Shown in pieces: positions 39,959 to 53,546 of a DNA stretch of 64,000 nt. Below the pieces are notes generated by a model. The model was not told where the DNA came from, ran no database searches, and saw only the letters and a list, made by a program, of their open reading frames with translations. The stretch is from Torpedo marmorata (Eukaryota): positions 158,596,001-158,660,000 of the forward strand of contig OZ360219.1 in the NCBI GenBank assembly GCA_977017645.1, in the 5' to 3' direction. How positions within the stretch are numbered: position 1 is the stretch's first letter; each line of letters opens with the position of its first letter. Made by a program: the position numbers and the translations under genes.

Positions 39959-40331
39959 CAGTGGTTTTAAACTGCCCCCCCAAACTCACATTCCACCTTA
40001 AGTAATCCCTATGCCATAAGTGCTCTGTGATTGGTAAGGGATTGCTTAAGGTGGTATGTGAGTGGGAAGGGAAGGTTGAGAACCACTGCTCTAGACCCAA
40101 TGTTACTGAAATATTTTGCTTGAGAAAAATTGTCATTGGCCCATTTCCTTTGGAGTTATGAAACCGTGCACATGACGAGTCAATTAGGTACGATTAAAAC
40201 AGTGGTTTTCAAACTTTTTCTTCCCACTCACATACCACCTTAAGCAATCCCTTACTAATCACAGATCACTTATAGCATAGGGATTGCTTAAGGTGGAATG
40301 TGAGTTTAGGGGAGCAGTTTGAAAACCACTG
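39959..40331. mobile_element. Composite hAT (Charlie-like) MITE
   Basis: Four CAGTGGTT(T/C)T-type termini; two inverted ~130-bp units; CT(T/C)TAGCA flanks. Confidence 0.72.
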
Positions 40332-42639
40332 CTCTAGCATATTAGTAGTGCTTAATCTCTGCAGTTCCATCGATTCAGACATTTGTAGAAAACTCATCAT
40401 GACACGCCCAACTTCATGTCATCTCGTGCAGAAGCATCACTGAGTCACTTGACCCCAGAAATTTCAGGGCCAATCTGTCATTTGATCCCAAGTCCTTTGT
40501 TATTTTGCTCTAGTTACTTCCAACATCTTATGCCTTTAGGATTTTTCATAGTTCCCTCCTTCAAAGACCAGCTCCTGTGTCTGAACCAGAGGTGTCACTT
40601 CATTTTTAAATAATTTAATTTCAGTTACATTTCCAGAGAATGTGAAGTAACAGCATTTTGTAGAAGAAAAATTAATTGAACTGAATGCAAAAAACATTTC
40701 CCACACTGACTTAATAACTATCTAAAGTAATTGAGTTAGATTATAAATATTAAATCAGATAAATATAATTAATACACGGCAGTGAAATGGCAATAGTAGA
40801 TCTTGGGAACTAATTATATTCTTTTATAATTACTTCCTCTATAGAGAATACACTAATTGATCTGGTTATGGAAATGATTGCTTAATTAGTTCAAGAAAAC
40901 AGTTCTGAATATCTTCCTGCAAAGATAATATGTGGGAATGTTTCACTAAACTAATTTCAAATGGAAACCATAACAGATCAAAGTGTACTTATGTTTCTGA
41001 ATTAATGGACAACATTTTTCTCTTTCTCATTCATACTTGCCTCAAGCAATAAAAGTGCAATTTATTAATCTAATAAATGAATAGCTTTAAAAAATTAGAA
41101 AAGGATATGCAGTGTCATATATCAAGAAAAATTACAATATGATAATTTTTAGATTGGATTCATTGCCGTGTGAACAGATAGTACTCTAACGTAGCAGGCA
41201 GGTCTTAAATGTAGTCTGATTACACAATGAGGAGTTGCTTTCCTGAATCTTTGCATTCTAATCATAGCCTTTTCTAATTCACATTTTTATCTGGAAATAT
41301 TATTGTTCTGAATGCCTCGCCAATCAATTCTACTTTAAACCAAGGAAGCAAATTGTCACAATGAGCAAATTACTTCTTGATTATTCAACTCCAGGCTGTG
41401 GATTTCTCTGAGTTTCTCCAAGCATCTGCCTTAAATTTGGCTGCAGCTTAGCACAACAATAAAGAGAGTAATTTTTAACTATTTATCCCCTGCTTTGCAG
41501 CTGAATAAGAACCCTAGAATCAGAATCAGAATTTATTGTCATGAACAAGTCATGAAATTCATTGTTTTTGTCGAAACCTCCACTAGAATTCCAGGCACAT
41601 CTCCTTTTTTTAAAGTTGATTCAAAGCCCACACCTGAATTTGATGTGAAAGGTAAATTATTTGACTAATCACATATTGCAAATCAAGCTTGGAGGGGAAG
41701 GTTACAAATAACTCAGAAATGGTTTTGTGCAAGAATGAAGAAAGAATGCCTTAAGTTCCACAGTAATAGCTAAGAAAAAAATTAAATTTATTGGCCCAGA
41801 TTTTTTCCCACCCACACCCTACTGATTAATTACCATACCCAACACAGGGGTGAAGAATTGCTTAGCAACACAGTCCAGTGCTTTCCTGCCTCCTTGTATA
41901 TTTCTTTCATCTCCTGCTGCCCAGCCATGGTGATCCATTATGTAAACACACATCTGAATAAATGTATAGGAACAATAGGCAAGGAAGAGAAATCTGTCCT
42001 CCAAATTACTTATGCCTCTTGGTGCAATTTGAAGATGAATGCAAGTGACATCTGTACAGCCCAAATGTCCAAAGATTTCAGGTTTTCATGATGTACAGAA
42101 TTTATTTTATATTTGATTGGCCCGTGTAACCATTACACACAGTACACAGGTCCAGTAGGAACATAGAATAATTTCAGGATTAATTGGTCAAGGTTTTCAC
42201 AGTGAGAGTGGAGGTTGCCTTAAGCCAAAGCAAACCTTGGTAGCATGCTAAAACAAAACTTTCTCCAGGTTGTTAAAAATTCAAACCTCAGGCCATATGG
42301 CAGGTATCTAACTTCCAACATTCAAATCACTTGAGGTTGGAAGGTCAGACGATGCCTGGGATACATCGCTGTGGTAAATAACATTTCTACCCTGTGAGAT
42401 GCGTCGGACTTTTTGCAGGATTCTAAAATGTACACTGTTTTATTTGTTCAATCTGTAGTTTTTAATATCACAATTAAAAATAAAATAGGTGCAGGAACAG
42501 TCCAATGAGAATTTCCAGCCAGCTCCACCATTTAATAAGATCATGAAATTGTAACATCTAATGGTTTTAGATCAGCCTTGATCTGAACTCTCAACCTGAT
42601 TGGGTAAGAGAGAATTAAAAAACGAGATATGCTAAGAAT

Positions 42640-43342
42640 CAAAAGACTGCAGATGCTGGAATCTGTAGCAACAAACGACCTCTTGGAGGAACTCAGTAGT
42701 TCGGACAGAATCAGTGTGAGAAATCAGTGGCAGTCTAAGTCTCCATTGTACATTGCCTGGGCAGTTTACAGCCCCATGGTATGTGCCTGGGCAGCCTACA
42801 ACCCCATGGCATGTTGTCTGACCAGCCTACAGCCCCACTGAATTTTCCAAGTTCTGGTAATGAATCCTCTCTCCATTATTGCCAGCTACTTCCATTCCTC
42901 CCCCTCCTTCCCCTCTTTGGTTCAATCTGCTCCTATCTGACCTTCCCTAACACCTCTTACTAGCAGCTTTCATTATACCTCTATTATCAACTTCTCCTAT
43001 CAGCTTGCAGTGTTGGCAGCCTCCGCTCCACCCTGCAAGACTCATTTTTCCACCTAACTCCTTTATTTTTCTGCCTCTCTCTCCTTTTGTCTGGCACCTG
43101 CCAATCAACTGGTTGTGTCGGTCATTCTTCAGCCATCCCTGGTTCACCAATCCCCACTGTCCCTTGTCCAACCCCTCCCACCCTATCCACATTATACCAG
43201 CTATCTCTCCTCCACTCTCTCGGTTCAGATGAAGAGCTATGGCCTGAAACGTCGATAATTTGTTCTTTCCTCCTGATACTGCTTGACCCGCTGAGTTCCT
43301 CCATCAGATTGTTTCTTGCTCCAGATTCCAATATCTGCAGTC
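42640..43342 (+). mobile_element. Penelope 3' fragment with inverted terminal pLTR segment
   Basis: ~42645-42715 is the inverse of ~43272-43342; hammerhead-like CAGATGA..GAAACGTC near 43227-43253; ~30-bp unit repeated 3x at ~42754-42840. Confidence 0.65.
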
Positions 43343-43554
43343 CAAGGCTGCCATTTTATTGACAATGATGATTCAGGACCCAATTAAACAAGCAAGGACC
43401 TACTCAGGATTCAGAAGTTGCTGCCTAATGATTTAATCAATTAAGCAATAAAATATTAGCAATTATATAAGAGAGTTTAGTGCTGAATGCTGCTGATGGG
43501 AAGGGAAGTGGCTTCAAAATGTTTGTCTTCATTTCAACCAAAGGAAGCCAGAGT

Positions 43555-43813
43555 ATTTTTTTTTAATTTAGACATACAGCATGGTAACAGGCCCTTTCAG
43601 CCCATGAGCCTGTGCTGCCCAAAAGCAGCCAATTGACCTACAACCCCCGGTACGTTTTGGAGGGTGGGAGGAACCCGGAGTGCCTGCGGAAACCCCACAC
43701 AGACATGGGGAGAACATACAAATTCCTTACAGACAGTGCAGGATTCGAACCCCAGTCCCGATCGCTAGCGCTGTAACAGAATTGCGCTAACCGCTATGCT
43801 AACCGTGCCGCCC
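43555..43813 (-). mobile_element. V-SINE copy
   Basis: Homologous to the other V-SINEs. Confidence 0.85.
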
Positions 43814-46632
43814 ATTCTGCTAGATTCACAAGAATCCTTGGAAATATCCATCCAAAGCTCCCTTGATCTTCAGAGAACTGCCTAAAATATACATTTTCAC
43901 AAAAACAAATCCAGCTTTGACCTTCCAGCACAAAGCTTCATCAATCTTCCCATCAAGCTTCATTCCCAACAACTAAATTTACTCACCTGCATATGGGTCA
44001 AGTAGAAATCTAGACAGCTATTGTGTGGGGATATACGTTACTTTTAAAATGATGGTCTGCCATAAACTTATTTTAATTCAATATTATATTGGTATATCTT
44101 ATGTACCTGCAAGGCTACCACAAGTAAGGATTTCGGTGCATATGTACTTTCCATTTATGTATATAAATTCTCATCTCATAACTTAGACAATGCCTCCATA
44201 TCCCTGAGTTTGCCCTTTGTGGGCTCTCATGCACCCATCCTACCTCCCCATTAATACACCCTTTGAATCAGTCGTGAGATATATCGCTCCTGCAATTTAA
44301 TGGCTTCTTAATGCGCATGGCTGGCTCAACCTTTATAAATTGTGTTTAAGGCTTGGAGACTCTCTCCAATGTATGGCCTTTTGGAGAGAGTTTATCTCCA
44401 AGATATCACCATCGAATGTGTATTATGGGCAGGATATATCTATAATTTAATCATGGTCACCACATTCACAAGATAATCAGGGTTTGATTTGCCATTTATG
44501 CAATAAATGAGTATGCCACCCATGCCCCAGGTCCAGTTTAAAACCATCCATGTCCTTTACGAAGCTTCAAATGCAGCGAAACCTGGTATTGGGTATTGAA
44601 TGAGTTCCTTGTTCCTGTTTGCAGACCAGCCTTTAATCTATTTATCATCATTATTGATACTGATGAAGCAAGGGTAGAGGGACAATAAAGGGTTCTTTGA
44701 AATCATGCTGCAAGTTGTGGGTAGTCTCAACAGATTGGTCTTTGCAACTTCACACAACATCTCTGGGTATTGCAACAGCTTCTTGGTGACATTCAATGGG
44801 ACTTCTGTGGTGAAACTAACTTTAAACTTCCAATAACTACTGGGATGGCTGCATTCAGTTTATGATATGGATGAACAACCCAGAGTGCAGTACTCGGCAG
44901 CAAAGCACACAGGGAAGCTTGAAGACCCCAAAATACCGATTCCCCAGGTTGCATCTATGAGTTTGCAGATTATGTTAATTCGTGTTTCAGTTTTATTTTC
45001 AGCTTTCCTCATATGAATTTATAAGGTCAGTGAGCTGCCGAGGGTCACTACAATCAATAAAGCTGTTGGGACATGGTGGGTTTTCTCTCCATGAAAACAA
45101 CATCAAGTCTTTCAGATGGCAGGCAGTATGCAAGGTGGAATGCAGTAGATTTTGCCAAATTTAGTGGCAGCTTCCATTACTGGAAGTATTCAGGCACAGC
45201 AGACAAGTCAGATATTCTCATGATGCATGCAGGTTTCAAAATTTGAATGCATTGCAAGAAGAGGTTAACGGTCTCTGCTGTTCTAGTGTTAGGGTAAGCA
45301 CAGAAATTATATACTGGAAATCACAATCAAAATTCTTAACCATCCACCAACCCTATGACATTCACTCAGAGGTTGTTCCCACTCACATGCTCATTGAACC
45401 AACCTCAAAGAAATGTTGGAAGATGCCTGAGCTGAGAACAAGAATTGATGCCTTTGGCGTACAACCTGAGCAGGAAGAGAATAAACTTATATCCACAAAT
45501 GGCCTTGGCTCATCAATAATATTATGAAACAGCAGTTCTGTAGATATTAAAACCTTTATTTACATCAGTGCTTGTATTAATATTGGTTCAGATTTCTCCA
45601 AAAGCTACATTATATTTAGACTTCATGTGGAACCATGCTTGAGATCCACAAATTATATTCCAAACATAAATTCCAGACATCATATATTTTGGATAAAATA
45701 AAAGAATATTGGTTCACCTTAAGAAGTGACAAAATGTCCCCATATGATAACCATATAACCATATAACAATTACAGCACAGAAACAGGCCAGTTCGGCCCT
45801 GCTTGTCCATGCCGAACACATTCTCCCACCTAGACCCACTGACCCGCACCCGGCACATAACCCTCCACACCTCTCTCGTCCATATACCTATCCAACTTTT
45901 CCTTAAACATTAAAATTGAACCTGCATCTACCACTTCGGCCAGAAGCTCATTCGACCCTCCTACCACCCTCTGAGTGAAGAAATTCCCCCTCATGTTTCC
46001 TCTAAACTTTTCCCCCTTCAATCTCAATCCATGCCCTCTTGTTTGAATCTTCCTCTCTCTCAATAGAAAAAGCCTGTCCACATTGACTCTATCTTTCCCC
46101 TTCATAATTTTAAATACCTCTATCAAATCACCCATCAACCTTCTACGCTCCAGGGAATAAAGTCCCAGCTTGTTCAACCTTTTCCTATAACTCAAACCCA
46201 GAAGCCCAGGCAACATTCTTGTAAATCTCCTCTGCACTCTCTCTATTCTGTTTATATACTTCCTGTAATTCGGCGACCAAAACTGCGCACAATATTCCAA
46301 ATTTAGCCTCACCAATGCCTTATACAACTTCAACATGATTTATGAAGGCCAACATACCAAATGCTTTCTTCACTACCCTATCTACGTGTGACTCAACTTT
46401 CAGGGAATTATGAACCAGAATTCCTAAATCCCTCTGTTCTACTGCACTTCTCAATTGTCTACCATTTAACATGTATGACCTTTGCTGATTAATCCTACCA
46501 AAATGTAGCACCTCACATTTATCAGTATTAAATTCCATCTGCCAAGTTTCCGCCCACTCTTCTAACTGACCTCTATCCCCTTGCAAGCTTTGATATCCCT
46601 CTTCACTGTCCACAACACCACCAATCTTCGTA

Positions 46633-47314
46633 TCAGAATCAGAATCAGAATCAGAATTTATTGTCATGAACAAGTCATGAAATTCGGTGTTTTGCGGCAG
46701 CATCATAGTGCAATTAACATACATATTAACCATTCTAACGACATTACTATAAAAAAATTATAAACAATAGTGCACAAAAAGTAAGGCAGTGTCTTTAGTT
46801 CATTGATTGTTCAGGAATCTGATGGCAACGGGGAAGAAGCTGTCCTTGTGCCATTGAGTGCTCGTCTTTAGGCTCCTGTACCTTTTCCCCGATGGAACAA
46901 AGTGAAGAGGGCATGGCCTGGGTGGTGGGGGTCCTTGAGGATAGAGGCTGCTTTTTTAAGACACCGCCTCATGTAGATGTCCTCGATGGAGTGAAGTTTG
47001 GTGCCTGTGATGTCACAGGCCGAGTTAACAACCTTCTGGAGTTTGCTCTTGTCCTGGGAGTTGGCACCACCATACCAGGCAGTGATGCAACCAGCTAGAA
47101 TGCTCTCCACGGTACACCTGTAGAAGTTTACGAGATTCTTTGGTGACATACCGAATCTCCGCAATCGCCTCACAAAGTATAGCCGCTGACGAGCCTTCTT
47201 TGTGATTGCATCCACGTGGATGCTCCAGGACAGATCCTCGGAGATGTTGACACCCAGGAATTTGAAGTTCTTGACTCTCTCCACGACTGAGCCCTCGATG
47301 AGGACTGGGTCGTG
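46633..47314 (-). mobile_element. Rex1/Babar-type LINE 3' fragment in CR1
   Basis: [41 protein letters not shown]; AATAAA plus (TTCTGA)n tail. Confidence 0.85.
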
Positions 47315-47477
47315 TTACTAATCCAATTTACCACCCTCTCATCTAGATCATTAATATATATGACAAACAACAATGGACCCAGTTCCGATCCCTGAAGCAC
47401 TCCACTAGTCACCGGCCTCCAATTTGACAAACAATTTTCCACCACTACTCTCTGGCATCTCCTATCCAACCATTGTT

Positions 47478-48397
47478 TTTTTTTTTTTAATTTAAATATT
47501 TAATTTAAAATTTTTAAATCACAAAATACATAAAATAAAATATGAAATTATCAAAATATTTGTGATACATTTTCACCCCCCCTCCCACCCTCCCCTCCCC
47601 AACCCTCCCAACCCCACTAATCTAATAAAAATAAAAATAGAAAAAGAAGAAAAAAAAAGAAAGAAAAAGATAGAGTAAGGAGAATACCAATCTAAAAAAA
47701 AACATACATTTCTAAACTAATTCTATTATGGAGGTCAGGTATGCCAGTAGATCCGATACCCAGAGATCTTCAAATCCTTAAACCAACAACTTTTATATAT
47801 GGGCTCCAAATTTTTAAGAAAAAATGATATTTGTTACGTAAATTATAAGTAATTTTTTCAAGCACGAATGAAGTTCTGCATGCCATCTTTCTAATCCTAA
47901 ATCTAAATCAGATTTCCAAATAATAGCAATACATTTCTTTGAAACAGCTAAAGCAATTCGCAAAAATTCTATCTGATACATATTTAATTTCATCTTAATA
48001 CTAAATTTTCTAATATCTCCGAACAAAAATATCATAGGATCCATTGGAAATGTAATCTTAAATACTTTATCTAAAAATTTTTTAACTTTCAACCAAAAAT
48101 CATAAACTTTTGGACAAAACCATGTAGAATATACAAAAGAACCTTCCTCTTTATTACATCTAAAACATAAACCTGATAATGTCGGATTAAATTTCTTTAG
48201 TTTTTTAGGTGTTAAATATAATTGATGAAAAAAATTGTATTGTACTAATCTATATCTAACATTAATAATCTTCGTCATACTTAATTTACATAATTCTTTC
48301 CAATGATTTTCATCTATTATTACATTCAAATCTAATTCCCATTTTAATCTTGATTTATGAATTCCTACTTTAGGAATTTTCCTCTGAAACAATTTAT
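47478..48397 (-). mobile_element. Truncated L1 nested in CR1 ORF2
   Basis: TSD TATCCAACCATTGTT at 47463-47477 and 48398-48412. Confidence 0.9.
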
Positions 48398-51378
48398 TAT
48401 CCAACCATTGTTGAATCCATTTCACTACTTCGTCGTTAATACCTAATGCTTGAACCTTCCTAACGAGCCTCTTATGCGGAACCTTGTCAAATGCCTTACT
48501 AAAGTCCATATAGACAACATCCACAGCCTTCCCCTCGTCAACCCTCTTAGTAACCTCATCGAAAAACTCTATGAGATTTGTCAAACATGATCTACCACGA
48601 ACAAAACCGTGTTGACTACTCCTAATCAATGCTTGTCTTTCCAAATAACTGTATACACCATCTCTAAGAACACTCTCCATTAATTTACCCACCACCGATA
48701 TCAGACTCAGAGGCCTATAATTTACAGGTTTACTTTTGGAGCCCTTCTTAAACAGAGGGACAACATGAGCTACCCTCCAATCCTCCGGCACCTCCCCCGT
48801 GGCCAGTGACATTTTAAATATTTCTGTCAGAGCCCCCACTATTTGTACACTAACCTCCCTCAGGGTCCTCGGGAATATCCTGTCAGGACATGGAGATTTA
48901 TCCACCTTTATACTCTTTAAAATAGCCAATACTACCTCCTCATTAATCTTTATATTATCCATGACCTTACTGCCAGATTTCCTTACCTCCCCTGGCTCAA
49001 TATTCCTTTCCTTTGTAAATACTGAAGAAAAAAATTCATTTAAAATCTCCCCCATCTCCTTTGACTTCTCACATAGCCTACCCGTCTGATCCTCAATGGG
49101 CCCAATATTATCCCTCACTATTCTTTTGCTTTTAATGTACCTGTAGAAACCCTTTGGATTTATTTTTTACCTTGCCTGCCAAAGCAGCCTCATATCTCCT
49201 TTTAGCCTTTCTAATTTCTTTCTTAAGATTTTTTTTACACTCCTTATATTCTTCAAGGACCTCATCTATTCCCTGCTGTCTATACCTGTTGTACACATCC
49301 CTCTTCCTCCGAACCAAATTCCCAATATCCTTTGAAAACCAAGGCTCCCTATATTTTCTAACTCTTCCTTTAATCCTCACAGGGACGAACCAACTCTGTA
49401 CTCTCAAAATTTCCCCTCTGAATATCCTCCATTTATCTGTGACATCCTTTCCTAAAAATAAATTATCCCAATCCACACCCTCTAAATCTTTCCTCATCTA
49501 CTTGAAATTTGCCTTATTCCAATCAAGAATCTCAACCTTAGGCCCAGCCCTATCCTTCTCTATTATCAACCTAAAACTAATGGTATTATGATCACTAGAC
49601 CCAAAGTGTTCCCCAACACAAACCTCTGTCACCTGACCTATCTCGTTCCCAAATAGGAGATCCAATACTGCCCCCTCTCTCGTCGGTTCTTCTATGTATT
49701 GATTTAGAAAACTTTCCTGAACACATTTGACAAACTCCAACCCATCCTGCCCTATTACAGTATGGGCGTCCCAGTCAATATGTGGAAAGTTAAAATCACC
49801 TATAATCACCACCTTATGCTTATTACACATATATTCTTTCTCCTTACAAATTTCCTCCTCTAATTCCCTATAATACACTCCCATTAGTGTTTTCATGCCT
49901 TTCCCATTCCTCAATTCCACCCAAATAGTCTCACTGGACGAGCCCTCCAATCTATCCTGCCATAGCACCGCTGTAATGGTTTCTCTAACAAGCACTGCGA
50001 CCCCTCCACCTTTTATCCCCCCTGTTCTATCACGCCTAAAACAACGGAATCCAGGAATATTTAGCTGCCAATCATGCCCCTCCTGCAACCAAGTTTCACT
50101 GATAGCTACAATATCATATTTCCATGTATCAATCCATACTCTAAACTCATCCACCTTTCTTACAATGCTCCTTGCATTGAAATATATACACTTGAGAGAA
50201 TGTCCCCCACATACACTCTTTTAATTACCCTTTCCTTCATTAAATTTAACATTCTGGTTCCTCTCTTCCTTCAAATCTAGGTGTTCTTCTACCCTACTCT
50301 CCTCATTCACATTCTGATTCCCACCCCCCTGCCAAACTAGTTTAAACCCTCCCCAACAGCTCTAAGAAACCTGCCTGCCAGGATATTGGTCCCCCTCCAG
50401 TTCAAGTGCAGCCCGTCCCTTTTGTACAGGTCAGACCTTCCCCAGAAGAGATCCCAATGATCCACAAATGTGAACCCCTGCCCCCAGCACCAACTCTTTA
50501 GCCACGCATTCATCCTCCACATCTTTCTATTCCTACCCTCTCTAGCGCGTTGCACAGGCAGCAATCCTGAGATTACCACCCTCGAGGTCCTGCTTTTTAA
50601 CTTCCTTCTTAACTCCTTATATTCCTTCTTCAGGACCTCATCCCCATTTCTTTCTATGTCATCCAGCAAACCTCCTGTCTCTTCCTCTAACCAGCGAGTC
50701 CCCAATTACAAAAGCTCTCCTCTTTTCCCCCCTTCCCTTCTGAGCCGAGGGGCCAGCTCCCGTGCCAGAGACCTGACCCCCGCGACTTGTCCCTGGTAGG
50801 TCTTCCCCCCCCAACAGTATCCAAAACAGTATACTTATTATTGAGGGGAATGGCCACAGGGGTTCCCTGCACTGTCTGTCTCCCCCCCTTCCCTTTCCTC
50901 ACAGTCACCCAGTTAGCTGACTCCTGTCTATTTGGGGTGACTGTCTCCCTGAAACTCCTGTCTATGACTACCTCTGCCTCCCTCATGATCCGAAGTTCAT
51001 CCAGCTGCAACTCCAGTTCCCTAACATGGTCTTGCAGGAGTTGCATCTGGATGCACCTTTTGCAGGTGTGGTCATCAGGAACATTTGTGATGTCCCTGAC
51101 CTCCCACATCCTGCATTCGGAACACATGACTAACCCAACTTCCTCCATAACCCCCTCTTAACTACAACTAGATTAAATAGGAATAAACTTAACCTTACCG
51201 GTAGTACTTCCTCAGCCTCTTCTCTCCGAAGCCTCTTGAGCCAAAGCCTCAGAGCTCCACTCCTTCCCTGTGCCACTCCTCACTGGCCGCTCCCTCAACT
51301 TCCCTTCCTGTTATAGGTCACTGCTAATTAACTCTAATACCCAATTTCTTACTACTACTAATCACCACTTAACCTAGC

Positions 51379-51657
51379 CCTAGGCCCGAAAAAGCGCCCT
51401 TTTTAAACAATTTTACAAGTCCAAAAAACTTACTCACGAAGCACCAGTCGCTCCTCCCACTCCAACACTCCAACGCAACTGAATAGACCTAGGCCCGAAA
51501 AAGCGCCCTTTTTAAACAATTTTACAAGTCCAAAAAACTTACTCACCAAGCACCAGTCGCTCCTCCCACTCCAACATGCCAACGCAACTGAATAGACCTA
51601 GGCCCGTAAAAGCGTCCTTTTTAAACAATTTTACAAGTCCAAAAAACTTACTCACGA
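51379..51657 (-). repeat. 109-bp tandem monomers (~2.5 copies) at the CR1 5' end
   Basis: CCTAGGCCCG recurs at 51379, 51488 and 51597. Confidence 0.88.
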
Positions 51658-52074
51658 TGCATTACTCAGGCACACAAATTTAGTTCTCATTTATTTCGGT
51701 TTCATTTCACCTCAACGACACTTTTTCATAAAAAACACAATTAATTGTTTTGAATCAACGCATCTGTCAATTCTTAAGAGGACTATAGATATAAAGGTAA
51801 ATTTCTGAATTACATTCCTGGAATTACGGTACATTCATGTCGGGATTGTGAATGCATCAAACTCACCAAAGAACTGGTCAAATATTGCACGGTAATTGGA
51901 CAATGTGCAATACCAATGCGTTTGACATTTAAAGCAAATTCAATATGAAACTAATGTTTAATCTAATAATCAAAGTTGGTTGTCTCAAATCATCAGCAGA
52001 ATTTTTTTTCTTTGTTAAATACTTTCAAACCTGTAAATATTATTGGATATCAGAAAGATTAAAGCTTGGAGACA

Positions 52075-52275
52075 CAAGAGACACGATGGTGGAATCTGGA
52101 GCAAAAAAAAACAACTGTTGGAGGAATTCAGTGGGTCGAGGAGCATCTGTGGGGGAAAAGAAATTGTTGACTTTTCAGGTTGAGACCCTGCATATATCCT
52201 GACGCAGGGTCTTGACCTGAAACATCAATAATTCTTCCCACAGATGTTGCTTGACCCACTGAGTTCCTCCAGCAG
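52075..52275. mobile_element. Fold-back Penelope pLTR-derived element
   Basis: 52115-52275 is an imperfect palindrome; CTGACGC-AGGGTC-TT-GACCT-GAAAC near 52199-52223. Confidence 0.65.
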
Positions 52276-52815
52276 ATTAAAACTCGAACTGCTTAGCGCA
52301 TTAATGTGACATATCATTATCTATCTGCTTAACTATTCCAGTTGCAAATGTCAACTATATAAAGTCTGCTTTTACTGTTACAATCTGATTAGATCGTATG
52401 ACAAAGAAAAGTCCTGCTGGCCTTTTTGGGCTGATTTAGAAAGAACTACTGACCAACAATTAACCTCTAATTGATTTGGCCAGAGAATCAGCAATTCTAA
52501 TTGATCATTGTGACCATTTGCAGCAAAAAAAAATGGTTAGCTTCAAAAAGATAGGCCAAATAAATACAGATCAACATTATCAGTAAATAATATATTGTGC
52601 ATCATCCTGCATTGCTGTAAAGCAACATAACCTTTGATTAATCATCAACAATGCTACCTCTATTTTGTGATAACTGAAAAAAAAACACGTGTTTAAATCT
52701 TGCTATAGCTCCAATGGATAAATACCAACTTCAACAATCAGGAGGCCAGTGGAAACCTCACCATTAATGTTAAATTTGTTTCATTTTTCACAGATGGTGC
52801 CTGATCTGCCGAGTA

Positions 52816-53546
52816 TCAGATTTCAGATTTATTGTCAGAGTACATACAGTACATGATATAACATACGACCCTGAGATTCTTTTTTCCTGCGGGCGCGACA
52901 GAATTACCACTAATTGGTAGAGCAAAAAATAAACTGTACACAGCGTAAAACATGTAAACAAACAAAGAACTGTAAACAGATAACGAATGTAAACAAACTG
53001 ACTGTGCAATACAGAGAGAACAAAAAGAAAATCAATAAAGTGCACAATTAAATGAGCCCCTGATTGAGTTTGTTGTTGAGGAGTCTGATGGTGGAGGGGT
53101 AGCAGCTGTTCCTGAACCTGGTGGTGCGAGTCTTGTGGCACCTATACCTCTTTCCTGATGGCAGCAGCGAGAACAGAGCGTGTGCTGGGTGGTGAGGGTC
53201 TTTGATGATTGCTGCTGCTGTCCGACAGCAGCGTTCCCTGTAGATGTACTCAATAGGGGGGAGGGTTTTGCCTGTGATGTTCTGGGCTGTGTCCACTACC
53301 TTTTGGAGGGCTTTACGCTCAGGGGTATTGGTGTTTCCATACCAGACCGTGATGCAGTCGGTCAGCACACTATCCACCACACCTATGTAGAAATTTGCCA
53401 GGGTTTCTGATGTGATACCAAACCTCCGCAAACTCCTGAGGAAATAGAGGCACTGACGTGCTTTCTTCACAATGCCAGTGGTGTGTTGGGTCCAGGAAAG
53501 ATCCTCCGAGATAGTGACTCCCAAGAACTTAAATTTGCTCACCATT
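52816..53546 (-). mobile_element. Rex1/Babar-type LINE 3' fragment (second subfamily)
   Basis: ORF 53048-53545 FKFLGVTISEDLSW..DPHHPAHALFSLLPSGKRYR; AATAAA(TCTGAAA)n tail; GTATC on both flanks. Confidence 0.85.

Larger units (their letters stand above)
45745..51657 (-). mobile_element. Near full-length CR1 (ORF1 zinc finger + SGNH esterase; ORF2 APE-RT) with nested Rex1 and L1
   Basis: CSECRMWE..CKRC (50687-51148); RDGLHLN (50337-50705); ISETWL, GDFNFP, SDHN (49498-50154); RT within 47814-49118; (GGTTATAT)n tail. Confidence 0.93.

Noticed and set aside
41835-41955. Minus-strand exon with CACCATGG Kozak context
   Set aside because: Plausible splice sites but no homology or partner exons; could be chance
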